Shown in pieces: positions 20,383-30,359 of a stretch of DNA of 64,000 bases (positions are counted from its first letter, which is position 1; every line of letters begins with the position of its first letter). Source of the DNA: a bacterium (lineage in GTDB: Bacteria > Zhuqueibacterota > Zhuqueibacteria > Residuimicrobiales > Krinioviventaceae). The position numbers and the translations under genes are program-made. A model generated the notes under the pieces. That model had not been told where the DNA came from and made no database searches. It was given only the letters and a program-made list of their open reading frames with translations. The stretch is taken from NCBI GenBank assembly GCA_963693055.1, contig OY843751.1:384001-448000 (forward strand), read 5' to 3'.

Positions 20383-21606
20383 ATGTCAAAGAAATGGAAA
20401 ATCGTTCTGGCAATCCTTCTTTTAGTGCTAGTTGGATTTATGATGTTTTTCATATTGAATAAAAAGCGGGGGAAATCATTAGATGTAACCACAGTCACCG
20501 TTCAGCGTGGCGATATTACCAAAACTGTATCTGGTTCCGGATTTATTCAGCCGGAGGTGGATGTGCAAATTTCAGCGCGTATTTCCGCTGAAATTATAAG
20601 AATTCATGTAGAAGAAGGTGACACGGTAAGAAAAGGACAGTTGCTGGTTGAACTTGATCGTGAACGATATCTTGCCCAGGTTGAACAGGCAGAATCCGGA
20701 GTTTTATCTGCAAAAGCCTCTCTAAAAAAAACAGAGGCAGATTATAACCGAATTAAAGATTTGTATGACCAAAAGCTGACTTCCAAGTCTGAACTCGATG
20801 CTGCTGAAGCCAGTATGCTGTTGGCCCAAAGTGATGTAAAAATTAGTTCAGCCTCATTAAAACAATCTCAAGATTATCTTGCCAAAACCAGTTTGCTGGC
20901 TCCCATGAATGGTGTTGTAACCAAGCTCTATAAAGAAGAAGGTGAAATTGCGGTAGGTTCAGAGTTTAATGCTGACCCGGTAATTACAGTTTCGGACTTG
21001 AGCAAGATGGAAGTGTTGGCGGAAATTGATGAAAATGATGTGGTAATGTTGGAATTGCATGATGAAACGAAAATTGAAATTGATGCAATTCCCGATACTC
21101 TGTTTAAAGGTAAAGTGTCTGAAATTGCTCATGAAGCTACCACAAGAGGGCGCGGAACTCAGGAACAGGTAACAAACTTTGAAGTAAAGATTGCGGTTAC
21201 AGATCAGGTTGATAAACTCAGACCCGGTATGACAGCAACTGTTGATATAAGCACCGATACGCATAAAGATGTGTTATTTATCCCCATTCAGTGTGTTACA
21301 ATGAAAAATGTGCCCAATGATACAACAAAATCTGATGAAAATGGTTCTGGAGATAAAAAGAAAATAGACAAAGACGATGGCGAAATGCAGGAAGCTGTTT
21401 TTGTTGTTAAAGATGATAAAGTTGAAATCGTCGGTGTGGAAACCGGAATCAGTGATGATACCTATATCGAGATCCTGTCCGGCCTTGATGAAGGTTTGAC
21501 TGTGGTTTCTGGCAGTTATAAAGCTATTTCGCAAGAGCTTAAAGATGGCAGTTTGGTTAACACAAAACCTGACAAAAGCTTTAAAGTCGAAGAAAAATCA
21601 GAATAA
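20383..21606 (+). CDS. Efflux periplasmic adaptor (MacA/YknX-like MFP)
   Basis: N-terminal TM anchor; VEEGDTVRKGQLL, APMNGVV, LRPGMTA. Confidence 0.93.
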   Translation: MSKKWKIVLAILLLVLVGFMMFFILNKKRGKSLDVTTVTVQRGDITKTVSGSGFIQPEVDVQISARISAEIIRIHVEEGDTVRKGQLLVELDRERYLAQVEQAESGVLSAKASLKKTEADYNRIKDLYDQKLTSKSELDAAEASMLLAQSDVKISSASLKQSQDYLAKTSLLAPMNGVVTKLYKEEGEIAVGSEFNADPVITVSDLSKMEVLAEIDENDVVMLELHDETKIEIDAIPDTLFKGKVSEIAHEATTRGRGTQEQVTNFEVKIAVTDQVDKLRPGMTATVDISTDTHKDVLFIPIQCVTMKNVPNDTTKSDENGSGDKKKIDKDDGEMQEAVFVVKDDKVEIVGVETGISDDTYIEILSGLDEGLTVVSGSYKAISQELKDGSLVNTKPDKSFKVEEKSE

Positions 21607-21621
21607 GAAAGGAAGGGCAGG

Positions 21622-22305
21622 ATGTTAATCAGTCTCGATAAAATTGAAAAAACCTATGAAATTGGTGGAATGGTTCGAGTGCCGGCTCTCAAGAGTGTTA
21701 ATTTAGCAATTGCTCAGAATGAATATGTAGCCATTATGGGCCCTTCCGGTTCTGGGAAATCCACCTTGATGAATATTTTAGGATGTTTAGACACTCCCAC
21801 AAGTGGTGATTATATTTTGAATAACAGCAATGTTAGCGAAATGACAGATGACGAACTAGCAGAGATCCGAAACAGGGAGATTGGGTTTGTTTTCCAGACC
21901 TTTAATCTGCTGCCCCGTGCAAACGCTTTACATAATGTTGAACTACCTCTTATTTATAATGGGACCCCCGCAGCACAGCGTAAAAAATTGGCAGAGCAGG
22001 CATTGTCAAAAGTGGGGCTTGAAGATCGTATGCATCACAAGCCCAACGAGTTGTCTGGTGGACAACGTCAGCGTGTTGCTATTGCCAGAGCATTGGTGAA
22101 CAATCCATCAATCATACTTGCGGATGAGCCAACAGGTAACCTTGACAGCCGTACAGGTGAAGAAATTATGGAAATTTTTGAAGACCTGCACGATGCCGGT
22201 AATACCATTGTGCTTGTAACGCATGAAGAATACATTGCAGAGCATTCTGACCGTATTATCCGCTTGCGTGACGGATTAATTGAACGTGATGAAGCTGTAA
22301 ATTAA
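21622..22305 (+). CDS. ABC transporter ATP-binding protein (MacB/YknY-type)
   Basis: [29 protein letters not shown]. Confidence 0.96.
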   Translation: MLISLDKIEKTYEIGGMVRVPALKSVNLAIAQNEYVAIMGPSGSGKSTLMNILGCLDTPTSGDYILNNSNVSEMTDDELAEIRNREIGFVFQTFNLLPRANALHNVELPLIYNGTPAAQRKKLAEQALSKVGLEDRMHHKPNELSGGQRQRVAIARALVNNPSIILADEPTGNLDSRTGEEIMEIFEDLHDAGNTIVLVTHEEYIAEHSDRIIRLRDGLIERDEAVN

Positions 22306-22315
22306 TAGGCAGATT

Positions 22316-23554
22316 ATGAAAAGATTTTTCCTATACATAGGTGAAGGAGTGAAAATTGCTTTTGAAGCTTTGCGCTCCTATAAACTGCGTTCTGTTCTAA
22401 CAACTATTGGTATCGTTATTGGGGTAACTACAGTTGTTTCTATTGTTGCCTTGATTGAAGGTTTGAATAATTCTTTTGAAGAGCAAATTTCTGCCATTGG
22501 TACGGATACTCTTTTTGTTGCCAAGTATCCCTGGGTCATTCAAAGTAATGCAGAATGGTGGACCTTTCGTAATCGTCCCAATATTCCTGTAGATTTTGCC
22601 AATAGAGTTAAAGAATTGGCAAGCCTTGCCAAGGCAGTGGCTCCAACATTATATACACGACGCACTGTCAAGTTCAAAGATCGTGAAAGTGAAAATGTTC
22701 TCATAATTGGTACCAATCAAGATTACATGTACACTTCTAATGTTTATCCTGAAATTGGCAGGTTCATGTCCGAAACAGATATAAGCCACCGGCGCAAGGT
22801 TTGTGTTTTAGGTTGGGATGTGTATGAAGCTCTGTTCCCCAAAGAATCTCCCATCGGGAAACGGATCAATATAGGGGGGAGAAAATACAAGGTTATTGGT
22901 GTGGCTGAGAAAAAAGGTTCATTCTTTGGCGATAGTATGGATTCGAATGTATTGATACCTGTAGAGAATTTTACATCAGCATTTGGGATGCGCTGGCGAT
23001 CAACGGGGATTGAAGTCAAGGTAAAATCACCGGAATTGATGGCAGAAGCTGAAACCGAATTGATTGGTATTATGCGACGTTTGCGTGGATTAAAAGCAAA
23101 TGAAGACAATAATTTTGACATCAATACACAAAGCATGTTGATGGATACCTATAATAATATCACACGAGTATTGAAAATTGTTGCAGTGGGTGTTGGGTCT
23201 ATCTCTTTACTTGTGGGTGGTATTGGTATTATGAATATTCTACTGGTATCGGTAACTGAACGGACCCGTGAAATTGGCATTCGAAAAGCACTTGGTGCAA
23301 AAAGATTTGATATATTGCTGCAATTTTTGATTGAGTCTATGATGATTTGTGCCCTGGGTGTGCTTATTGGGATTGGCATTGCTGTTGGGGTTGCCAAAAT
23401 AGTATCGGCAGCCACACCATTATCGGCTGCAATTACAATTACAGTTGCTTTTTTGGGTGTAGGCTTTGTCTTTTTTATTGGATTGTTTTTTGGGATTTAC
23501 CCCGCATTCAAAGCTTCAAAGTTGAATCCTATTGAAGCATTGCGTTATGAATAA
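22316..23554 (+). CDS. MacB-like ABC permease
   Basis: KLRSVLTTIGIVIGV, GGIGIMNILLVSVTERTREIGIRKALGA, LNPIEALRYE. Confidence 0.95.
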   Translation: MKRFFLYIGEGVKIAFEALRSYKLRSVLTTIGIVIGVTTVVSIVALIEGLNNSFEEQISAIGTDTLFVAKYPWVIQSNAEWWTFRNRPNIPVDFANRVKELASLAKAVAPTLYTRRTVKFKDRESENVLIIGTNQDYMYTSNVYPEIGRFMSETDISHRRKVCVLGWDVYEALFPKESPIGKRINIGGRKYKVIGVAEKKGSFFGDSMDSNVLIPVENFTSAFGMRWRSTGIEVKVKSPELMAEAETELIGIMRRLRGLKANEDNNFDINTQSMLMDTYNNITRVLKIVAVGVGSISLLVGGIGIMNILLVSVTERTREIGIRKALGAKRFDILLQFLIESMMICALGVLIGIGIAVGVAKIVSAATPLSAAITITVAFLGVGFVFFIGLFFGIYPAFKASKLNPIEALRYE

Positions 23555-23557
23555 CAA

Positions 23558-24790
23558 ATGGATCGTATTATGCATTTTGGTGAAAGTTTAAATATATCTG
23601 TTACCGCAATCATGACCAACAAGCTGAGATCGGCATTGACTCTGTTGGGTGTAATTATAGGTGTAATGACCATCATTGCTATGCAGTCTATGATTACAGG
23701 ATTGCGTAACAGTGTCAAGAATCAGGCTACCGTATTAAGCTCTGATGTATTCCAGGTCCAAAAATTCCCACAAGTTGGTGGGGGTGATTGGCACAAATAC
23801 CGTAACCGAAAAGATTTAACTCTTGAAGAAGTTGAGGCCCTTCGTGAGCGCATGACAGCTGCATTGAATATTGGCGCTGAAGTATGGACCTTTGGTCAGG
23901 AAATACGATATAAAGATAAAAAGACCCTGCCCATGATGCCGGTAGCCGGTGCTACTCCCGAGTTTCTTGAGCATAACAGCTATAATATTGAAGAAGGCAG
24001 ATTTATAACCGGTCAGGATGTTGAACGAATCCGAAGAGTCGCTATCATCGGTCAGGATATTAAAGAGCGTCTGTTTCCGTTTCAATATCCCATTGGTCAG
24101 GATATCAAGATACAGGGAGAGCGGTTTGAGGTCATTGGCCTTTTGGAAAAAACAGGAAGTATTTTTGGCGAGACACGAGACAACCGCGTTATTATTCCCA
24201 TTACCCGGTTTCAAAAAGTCTTTGGGAAGGAGCGGTCTTTAAATTTCACTGTTAAAGCCAAAGGCCCTGAAATGTATCAGACAGCAATGGACCAGGCAAT
24301 TGGCATATTACGTACTGTACGCAAAGTCCCACCGGGTGAAGAGAATGATTTTGAGATTCGTACCAACGAACAATTTATGGAATTTTTTGACCAGTTGACC
24401 GGTAGTGTAAAGATAGTTGCTATTGCTATTGCATCTATTTCACTGCTTGTGGCGGGTGTGGGCATTATGAATATTATGTTGGTTTCTGTGACCGAGCGTA
24501 CCAAAGAAATTGGAATACGAAAATCACTGGGCGCAAAAAAACGGGATGTATTGTGGCAGTTTTTAATTGAAGCAGTCATTCTAACAGAGATTGGCGGCAT
24601 AGTCGGAGTACTGGTAGGACTGGGAATAGGCATGATAGTGAGGCTTGCTACGCAAATTCCCGCTGCCGTGCCTGTTTGGACAGTTATCGTAGGATTGGGC
24701 TTTTGTTCAATAGTTGGAATCATTTTTGGGGTGTACCCGGCAACCAAAGCCGCGCGTATGGACCCAATTACAGCTTTAAGATATGAATGA
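23558..24790 (+). CDS. MacB-like ABC permease
   Basis: NKLRSALTLLGVIIGV, GIMNIMLVSVTERTKEIGIRKSLGA, MDPITALRYE. Confidence 0.95.
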   Translation: MDRIMHFGESLNISVTAIMTNKLRSALTLLGVIIGVMTIIAMQSMITGLRNSVKNQATVLSSDVFQVQKFPQVGGGDWHKYRNRKDLTLEEVEALRERMTAALNIGAEVWTFGQEIRYKDKKTLPMMPVAGATPEFLEHNSYNIEEGRFITGQDVERIRRVAIIGQDIKERLFPFQYPIGQDIKIQGERFEVIGLLEKTGSIFGETRDNRVIIPITRFQKVFGKERSLNFTVKAKGPEMYQTAMDQAIGILRTVRKVPPGEENDFEIRTNEQFMEFFDQLTGSVKIVAIAIASISLLVAGVGIMNIMLVSVTERTKEIGIRKSLGAKKRDVLWQFLIEAVILTEIGGIVGVLVGLGIGMIVRLATQIPAAVPVWTVIVGLGFCSIVGIIFGVYPATKAARMDPITALRYE

Positions 24791-24813
24791 TCTTATTAAA
24801 TGTGGAGGCATTT

Positions 24814-25155
24814 ATGAATATCGAAACCCGAATGGAGAAGGATGTCCTTGTCCTCGAGTTGGCAGGAGACCTGATGGCCGGTCATGAGTCTGAGCAACTC
24901 CGCAAGGTTGTTGATCAGTCTTTAAAAGATGAAAAGGTGAACGTTGTTGCAGACATGGGCAAAGTAACCTGGATGAACAGTTCAGGGCTGGGCATGTTGA
25001 TCAGTGCGTTAACAAGCCTCCGGGGCAGCGGTGGAGATTTGAGGTTGGCAAATCTTTCAGAGAAAATTAAACGTCCCATTAAAATAACCAAGCTGGACAA
25101 AGTGTTTCTGGATTTTGAATCGGTAGACCAGGCTATAAATAGTTATTCAGAATAA
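24814..25155 (+). CDS. STAS domain protein / anti-sigma factor antagonist
   Basis: GGAGG RBS; VTWMNSSGLGMLI phosphorylatable Ser motif; ITKLDKVF. Confidence 0.9.
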   Translation: MNIETRMEKDVLVLELAGDLMAGHESEQLRKVVDQSLKDEKVNVVADMGKVTWMNSSGLGMLISALTSLRGSGGDLRLANLSEKIKRPIKITKLDKVFLDFESVDQAINSYSE

Positions 25156-25206
25156 TCGCAACCCTTATTTTATTCACCAAAGACTGATTTAGTCAAGGAG
25201 AATTGT

Positions 25207-25779
25207 ATGTCTCAATATGATAGAAATACAGTACTGCAGAAGCTCAATAATGGTGAATCCCTGAGTGGTTCTGATTTGTCTGGTGTGGATTTATCATACG
25301 AAACATTAAAAGGGGTGGATCTGTCGCAATGTAATTTAGAAAAAGCACATTTGCAAAATGCCAATCTTGAAGGCGCAAATCTGAGCGGTTCAACATTAAA
25401 TGAAGCGTTTATGTTTGGTTGCAATTTGTTTAAAGCAAATCTGGATGGTGCGGTTTTGGATGAATCCAATATGCAGGACAGTAACCTGGATTCGGTTAGC
25501 GCCAAGGGAGCCAGTTTTTATCATGTTGCATTACTTGGCTCTAGTATTGAAAACGCGGATTTTAGCAATGCAAGTTTGTCGAAATCCCGTATGAAACGGG
25601 CCAGTTTGAAAAATAGCAAGTTTAACAATGCTAATCTTGAACAGGCTCAGCTTGTGAGGAGCGACTTGTCTGGTGCAACTTTTGTGAATGCTGTTTTAAA
25701 AGATGTTACTATGACCAACGCAATTGTTGAAAATACGGATTTTACCGGGGCAGATACCAGCGGGGCTTCTGGAATTTAA
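25207..25779 (+). CDS. Pentapeptide repeat protein
   Basis: A(N/D)LxG-type 5-residue repeats along the whole length. Confidence 0.93.
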   Translation: MSQYDRNTVLQKLNNGESLSGSDLSGVDLSYETLKGVDLSQCNLEKAHLQNANLEGANLSGSTLNEAFMFGCNLFKANLDGAVLDESNMQDSNLDSVSAKGASFYHVALLGSSIENADFSNASLSKSRMKRASLKNSKFNNANLEQAQLVRSDLSGATFVNAVLKDVTMTNAIVENTDFTGADTSGASGI

Positions 25780-25801
25780 TTTTAAAATTATATAGATTTT
25801 C

Positions 25802-25835
25802 AAAAGGGCCGTTTATTTAAATGGCCCTTTTTTTT
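25802..25835 (+). terminator. Rho-independent terminator
   Basis: aaaagggccgttt...aaatggccctttttttt. Confidence 0.8.
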
Positions 25836-25910
25836 ATTAATAGAAATATATTGATTCTGTCACCACTTCTTTGTATTTTTGTTTTGATTTATATTTTGCA
25901 GGAGAGAAAA

Positions 25911-26888
25911 TTGCCGGAACAATCTCGTTTTGATCAGTTAAAGACAAGAGTGGTTGAACATTTACAAACATTTCTTGATAAAAAAGAACCCGTGTTATTA
26001 TATGAGCCTATTACCTATACCATGTCTGCAGGTGGTAAACGGTTACGTCCGGTAATGACTTGTATTGCATGTGAGGCTGTAGGTGGAACCGTTGATGACG
26101 CTCTTGATGCAGCGGTAGCCCTCGAGTTTTTGCATAATTTTACACTTATCCATGATGATATTATGGACGATGATGATATGCGCAGGGGGCGTGAGACAGT
26201 TCATAAGAAATGGGATGAAAATGTTGCCATTCTATCGGGTGATGCTTTGCTGGTTATTGCGTATCAGGCAATTTCACAATGTGCTCCTGAAAAGCTACCT
26301 GTTGTGATCGATTATTTTTCAAACGGTATACTCAAGGTATGTGAAGGACAAACCTATGATAAAGAGTTTGAAACACGTGAATCGGTTACGTTGAACGAAT
26401 ATTTTGACATGATTGATAAAAAGACAGCAGAGCTTTTTGCCGTTTCATGCGCTATAGGTGCAACACTGGGTAATGGTTCTGATGAGCAGGTTGCGGCTTT
26501 GAGGTTATATGGTATGAAGCTGGGGCGTGCTTTTCAGATACAGGATGATCTGTTGGATGTAACCGCAGATCAGGATGTGTTGGGTAAAGATATTGGCAGT
26601 GATATTGAAGAAAATAAAAAGACGTTTCTGGTTTCACATGCCCTGGAACATGCGGTGCATAAAGATAAAGAGAAATTGAAACTATTGTTGCAAAAAGGTA
26701 AAATTACCAGCCAGGATGTATCTGATGTGATTGATGTTTTTGAACATGCGGGTACAATTCAAGCGGCCCGGAACATAATTTCCGAATGTATTAAAGATGC
26801 CCGAACCGCTTTACAATCGTTTAACGAGAGTGATGCAAAAAATCAGTTGTTGCTTTTACTTGAAATGATTGAAAAACGCAATTCCTGA
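25911..26888 (+). CDS. Polyprenyl diphosphate synthase (short-chain, GGPP/FPP synthase-like); probable TTG start
   Basis: GGKRLRP, FARM HNFTLIHDDIMD..RRG, GQTYD, KKTA, SARM FQIQDDLLD; AGGAG before TTG 25911. Confidence 0.93.
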   Translation: MPEQSRFDQLKTRVVEHLQTFLDKKEPVLLYEPITYTMSAGGKRLRPVMTCIACEAVGGTVDDALDAAVALEFLHNFTLIHDDIMDDDDMRRGRETVHKKWDENVAILSGDALLVIAYQAISQCAPEKLPVVIDYFSNGILKVCEGQTYDKEFETRESVTLNEYFDMIDKKTAELFAVSCAIGATLGNGSDEQVAALRLYGMKLGRAFQIQDDLLDVTADQDVLGKDIGSDIEENKKTFLVSHALEHAVHKDKEKLKLLLQKGKITSQDVSDVIDVFEHAGTIQAARNIISECIKDARTALQSFNESDAKNQLLLLLEMIEKRNS

Positions 26889-26896
26889 TTTTTAGT

Positions 26897-27388
26897 TTAT
26901 TCAGCTTTATTATAGACAAGCGTTTGTTCCCGATCACCTCGGGGTGTTGTAGATTTTGCTTCAATAGTAAGTACTTTACCGTCTTTATCAAGTGACCATT
27001 TTTCTTCGCTATTGAGTTCAAAGTCGTTTCCGTTAAAATTCATAGCGATTATGGAAGTAATAATAAGCGTGTTTTTATCTGAAGAAAAGGTTACAGTTGA
27101 TTCCTTGTCGCCTCTGAACCATACATTTGTGCATTTTTTGCCATCCAGGGTCAGGGTTTCGGTCATTTTTCTTTCTTCACCATCCCTGCCTGTAGAAACG
27201 CGTTCAATTTCCAGCTTTGCACCGTGATCAACGGTTAGTGTTGTTGCGGCCATTCCGCCTCTTCGTCCTTCACCCAAATCACTCTTGTCCTTGTCCAGAG
27301 TCCAGGTGCCGGTAAAGTTGGGTTGTGCAAAAACAGATACAGTCAATGCAACTGTAAAAACCAAAATAGCTTTTAATGTGTTGTTCAT
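26897..27388 (-). CDS. Secreted hypothetical protein with a lipocalin/FABP-like GxW motif
   Basis: AGGAG RBS, signal peptide ending VFA-Q, PNFTGTWTLDKDKS, all-beta pattern. Confidence 0.7.
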   Translation of the reverse strand: MNNTLKAILVFTVALTVSVFAQPNFTGTWTLDKDKSDLGEGRRGGMAATTLTVDHGAKLEIERVSTGRDGEERKMTETLTLDGKKCTNVWFRGDKESTVTFSSDKNTLIITSIIAMNFNGNDFELNSEEKWSLDKDGKVLTIEAKSTTPRGDREQTLVYNKAE

Positions 27389-27501
27389 TGTTATCTCCTT
27401 TTGAATGATATATGAATAACGTCTTGATTTTGGATTTGTTCTAAAATTTTATGTTTTAGTTAATGACGAGTTAATTTTGTATATTTAAATTTTGGGAAAA
27501 T

Positions 27502-28644
27502 ATGAAGCATATAATTATTTATATATACCCGCTTTTTATGAACCTGATTGTTGGTGTATTAATGTTTGTTGGACCTATGCGGGCATCAGAACAAGGTGCC
27601 AGTCTTACGGCTATATCATTAATGTTGACCAATTATGGTGTGGGTTATATTATCTTCTCTTTGCTCATGGGTCGTGTTGTTAAAGATCATTTGGCAAAGA
27701 TTCAGGTAATGGTTTCCGCATTTGCTGTGGCAGCCATGTGTTATATACTGGGGTTTGTTGATCAGGTTGTTTGGGTAATAGTGGTTTATACGTTCATTCC
27801 TTTATGGACTTCTCTTTTTTTTAACGCTTTCCAGTCTTATATGAAGCATGTACAGATCCAAAATGAAAAGCCCTTGGCATCTTCTATATCTTCATATGTT
27901 GCAGCATTGGCAATTGGTTTTGCTACCGGTTCCATGTTGAGTGGTACCATTCGGGAGTATATGTCATGGAATGCAGCATATTTTGCCGCCGGTGTAATTG
28001 CGTTAGCTATATCTGGAATGGTGTTGTTCATACGTCCGGAAAACACCGGAAATACTGTACAATCGAATTCTACAGTTGTGCCCAATAGACCAATTTTAAC
28101 CTTTGCAGGATGGAGCAGCTCGTTTACCGGTATTGTGATTGTGTCTCTTTTCCTGACTATATTTCCCAAGCAATCAGAGTTGCTACAATTCTCGTCCTTT
28201 GAAAAAGGGCTTGTTATTTTTATTTATAATATCATGCAGGCTATAGCTGTACAGTTTTTGGCTAAAAGATATACCTGGCTATATGATTATAAAAAAGCAC
28301 CCCTGGCTGGTTTGTTGGGTATTTTCTGCCTTTTACTTTTTTATTCCGCAAACAATATTTACACAATGTGTTTGGGAGCAGTGATTTTGGGCCTTTTTGC
28401 AACCTTTGCCTTTTTTACGGCAATATTGCACAGTATGGCTGACCATGAGCATTCTGTCCGAAATATTGCCATCAACGAAACTGCTGTAGGTATTGGTTTT
28501 CTTGTAGGTCCCCAGTTTATATATTTTACATTGGGTTTTGGCGATTTTAGGGCTGCATTCCTTAGTGTTGCTCTGGGTATTGTTGTTTTGATGGTTTTTC
28601 AATATGTTTATATACGTAATAAAACACTAAAATTTAATGGTTGA
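27502..28644 (+). CDS. MFS-type transporter
   Basis: 380 aa with about 12 hydrophobic segments; GFLVGP in the TM11 region. Confidence 0.75.
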   Translation: MKHIIIYIYPLFMNLIVGVLMFVGPMRASEQGASLTAISLMLTNYGVGYIIFSLLMGRVVKDHLAKIQVMVSAFAVAAMCYILGFVDQVVWVIVVYTFIPLWTSLFFNAFQSYMKHVQIQNEKPLASSISSYVAALAIGFATGSMLSGTIREYMSWNAAYFAAGVIALAISGMVLFIRPENTGNTVQSNSTVVPNRPILTFAGWSSSFTGIVIVSLFLTIFPKQSELLQFSSFEKGLVIFIYNIMQAIAVQFLAKRYTWLYDYKKAPLAGLLGIFCLLLFYSANNIYTMCLGAVILGLFATFAFFTAILHSMADHEHSVRNIAINETAVGIGFLVGPQFIYFTLGFGDFRAAFLSVALGIVVLMVFQYVYIRNKTLKFNG

Positions 28645-28650
28645 TTGCTT

Positions 28651-28866
28651 ATGCGTCGTATTTTATTTTTTGCTTTTTTAGTTATGCTCGCTTATTTTAT
28701 TTTTTCGAAATTATGGGGACTTTTAATCTCCGGCAAGATCTTTGATGAAGGGGCACTCAAGGAGGCTTTTCGGGAATCGGGGCAAACCGTATGGTGGTTT
28801 ATGAAAACGTTTGTTGTTGTATGGCTGCTATATCTTGTCTTTGTATATTTCGCGAGGAACCATTAG
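28651..28866 (+). CDS. Small two-TM hypothetical membrane protein
   Basis: Short ORF directly after the MFS gene with two hydrophobic helices. Confidence 0.55.
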   Translation: MRRILFFAFLVMLAYFIFSKLWGLLISGKIFDEGALKEAFRESGQTVWWFMKTFVVVWLLYLVFVYFARNH

Positions 28867-29015
28867 ATTTATAATTGATTGTGTAAAGAAAAACCGCAAG
28901 TTATAAACAGCTTAATCCAGGTTCCCGATTTTGTCACCAGTTAGTTGATATGTATAAGGATTGGGACAACTTTTAAAAATTCTTGTAAAGATTAGGGTCC
29001 GTTAACTACCGAATA

Positions 29016-30284
29016 TCATTCCACCTTGTTGTGCATAAATTCCTGTTCTATTATACTGCGCAGACGGTTTTCAGCCAGCTCTAAATATAGAGATGATGAA
29101 TCACTGTTTTTACACATATCAATATAATCCCGATAATATTGTTTTGCCAATGCTTTATCATCCGATTTTTCATCATATACTACTGCCATATTGTAATACG
29201 AGATACTGTGCCTGGGATTCAGGCTGATAATGCGTTGATACAAATCAATCGCTTTATCATATTCATGCAAGGCCCGATGATTGGTTGCCTTGTAGGAGTA
29301 CAATGAAATCAGGTAGGCCTGGTCGCTGCACTGGATGGCAATATGATATTCTTCATTAGCAGCTTTATGTTTACCCAGAGAAGCCAATGCCATTCCCCGA
29401 TACATATGTCCGTACATGTCCTCATTGTTTAGTGCAATCAGTTGTTGAGCAGATTGTTCACAAAGTTTATATTTTTCTGCAATATAACTGAAACGAACCA
29501 GACTTTTTAAAGACGCATACAGATAATTTCCCTCAAGCTCGACACATCTTTGATGATTTTTTATGGCGGCATCGAGAGTTTCCATTTTATACAGCGCTTC
29601 TCCCATGTAATAATAGAGTGCGTCTGAATCTGCATTCTGGGCCATTGCAGAAATAAACGTGCTTACTGCGTCAACAAAATTTTCTTGGTTGTATTGTGTA
29701 ATGCCCATATATAGACGACTTTTGAAATGTTTGGGGTCTAGGTTGGATGCAAGTTCCAGATATTTTAGAGCTTGTTCAAAATTTCCTTGCCGATAAAATG
29801 CATAACCCAGTCTATAGGTGTCATTGACCAGGGTAGAATCCAATTTATATATGTTCAGCAGGGGGGCGATGGAAAGCGAAAATCGTCCCTGTTTTTGGTA
29901 AAGCAATGCAAGCTTGCGCAAAGCCTGAACATGGGTTGTGTCTAGTGCCAGTGCATGTTGATAGGAAATAGCAGCATCTGATTCATTGCCCCGAGACTCA
30001 TAACATCCGCCAATTAGCACATGAATATCTGCACTATCAATATCAGTTGCACCGAGGCTTTTTATAAAGGCATCCATTGCTTCAGAGTCCCGGTCTAATG
30101 ATTTGAGGGCCTGCCCCAGATAATAGTTTAAATTCGGATCATTAGGATGGGTTTGCAAACGGACATGCAGGGTGTCTATTGCCAAGTCGTATTCCTGATT
30201 GATAAACATTTGTAGAATATCATTAGTATTTGCGGCACCAATAGGAAATGATAAAGTCAGGAGTAATAAAAAAAGTTTCTGCAT
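29016..30284 (-). CDS. Secreted tetratricopeptide repeat protein
   Basis: GGAG RBS, signal peptide, many TPR units (YYLGQAL, YRLGYAFYRQGNFEQAL, YYNMAVVY). Confidence 0.88.
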   Translation of the reverse strand: MQKLFLLLLTLSFPIGAANTNDILQMFINQEYDLAIDTLHVRLQTHPNDPNLNYYLGQALKSLDRDSEAMDAFIKSLGATDIDSADIHVLIGGCYESRGNESDAAISYQHALALDTTHVQALRKLALLYQKQGRFSLSIAPLLNIYKLDSTLVNDTYRLGYAFYRQGNFEQALKYLELASNLDPKHFKSRLYMGITQYNQENFVDAVSTFISAMAQNADSDALYYYMGEALYKMETLDAAIKNHQRCVELEGNYLYASLKSLVRFSYIAEKYKLCEQSAQQLIALNNEDMYGHMYRGMALASLGKHKAANEEYHIAIQCSDQAYLISLYSYKATNHRALHEYDKAIDLYQRIISLNPRHSISYYNMAVVYDEKSDDKALAKQYYRDYIDMCKNSDSSSLYLELAENRLRSIIEQEFMHNKVE

Positions 30285-30359
30285 GATTTCTCCAAAAGCA
30301 AGACAACACCAGGAAAATTTTAAATCCTCCCGGTGTTGTTTTTAGGGTAAAGGACTGTT

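Noticed and set aside
25821-25910. N-terminal hydrophobic extension on the prenyltransferase
   Set aside because: It overlaps the upstream terminator; TTG 25911 has a proper RBS.
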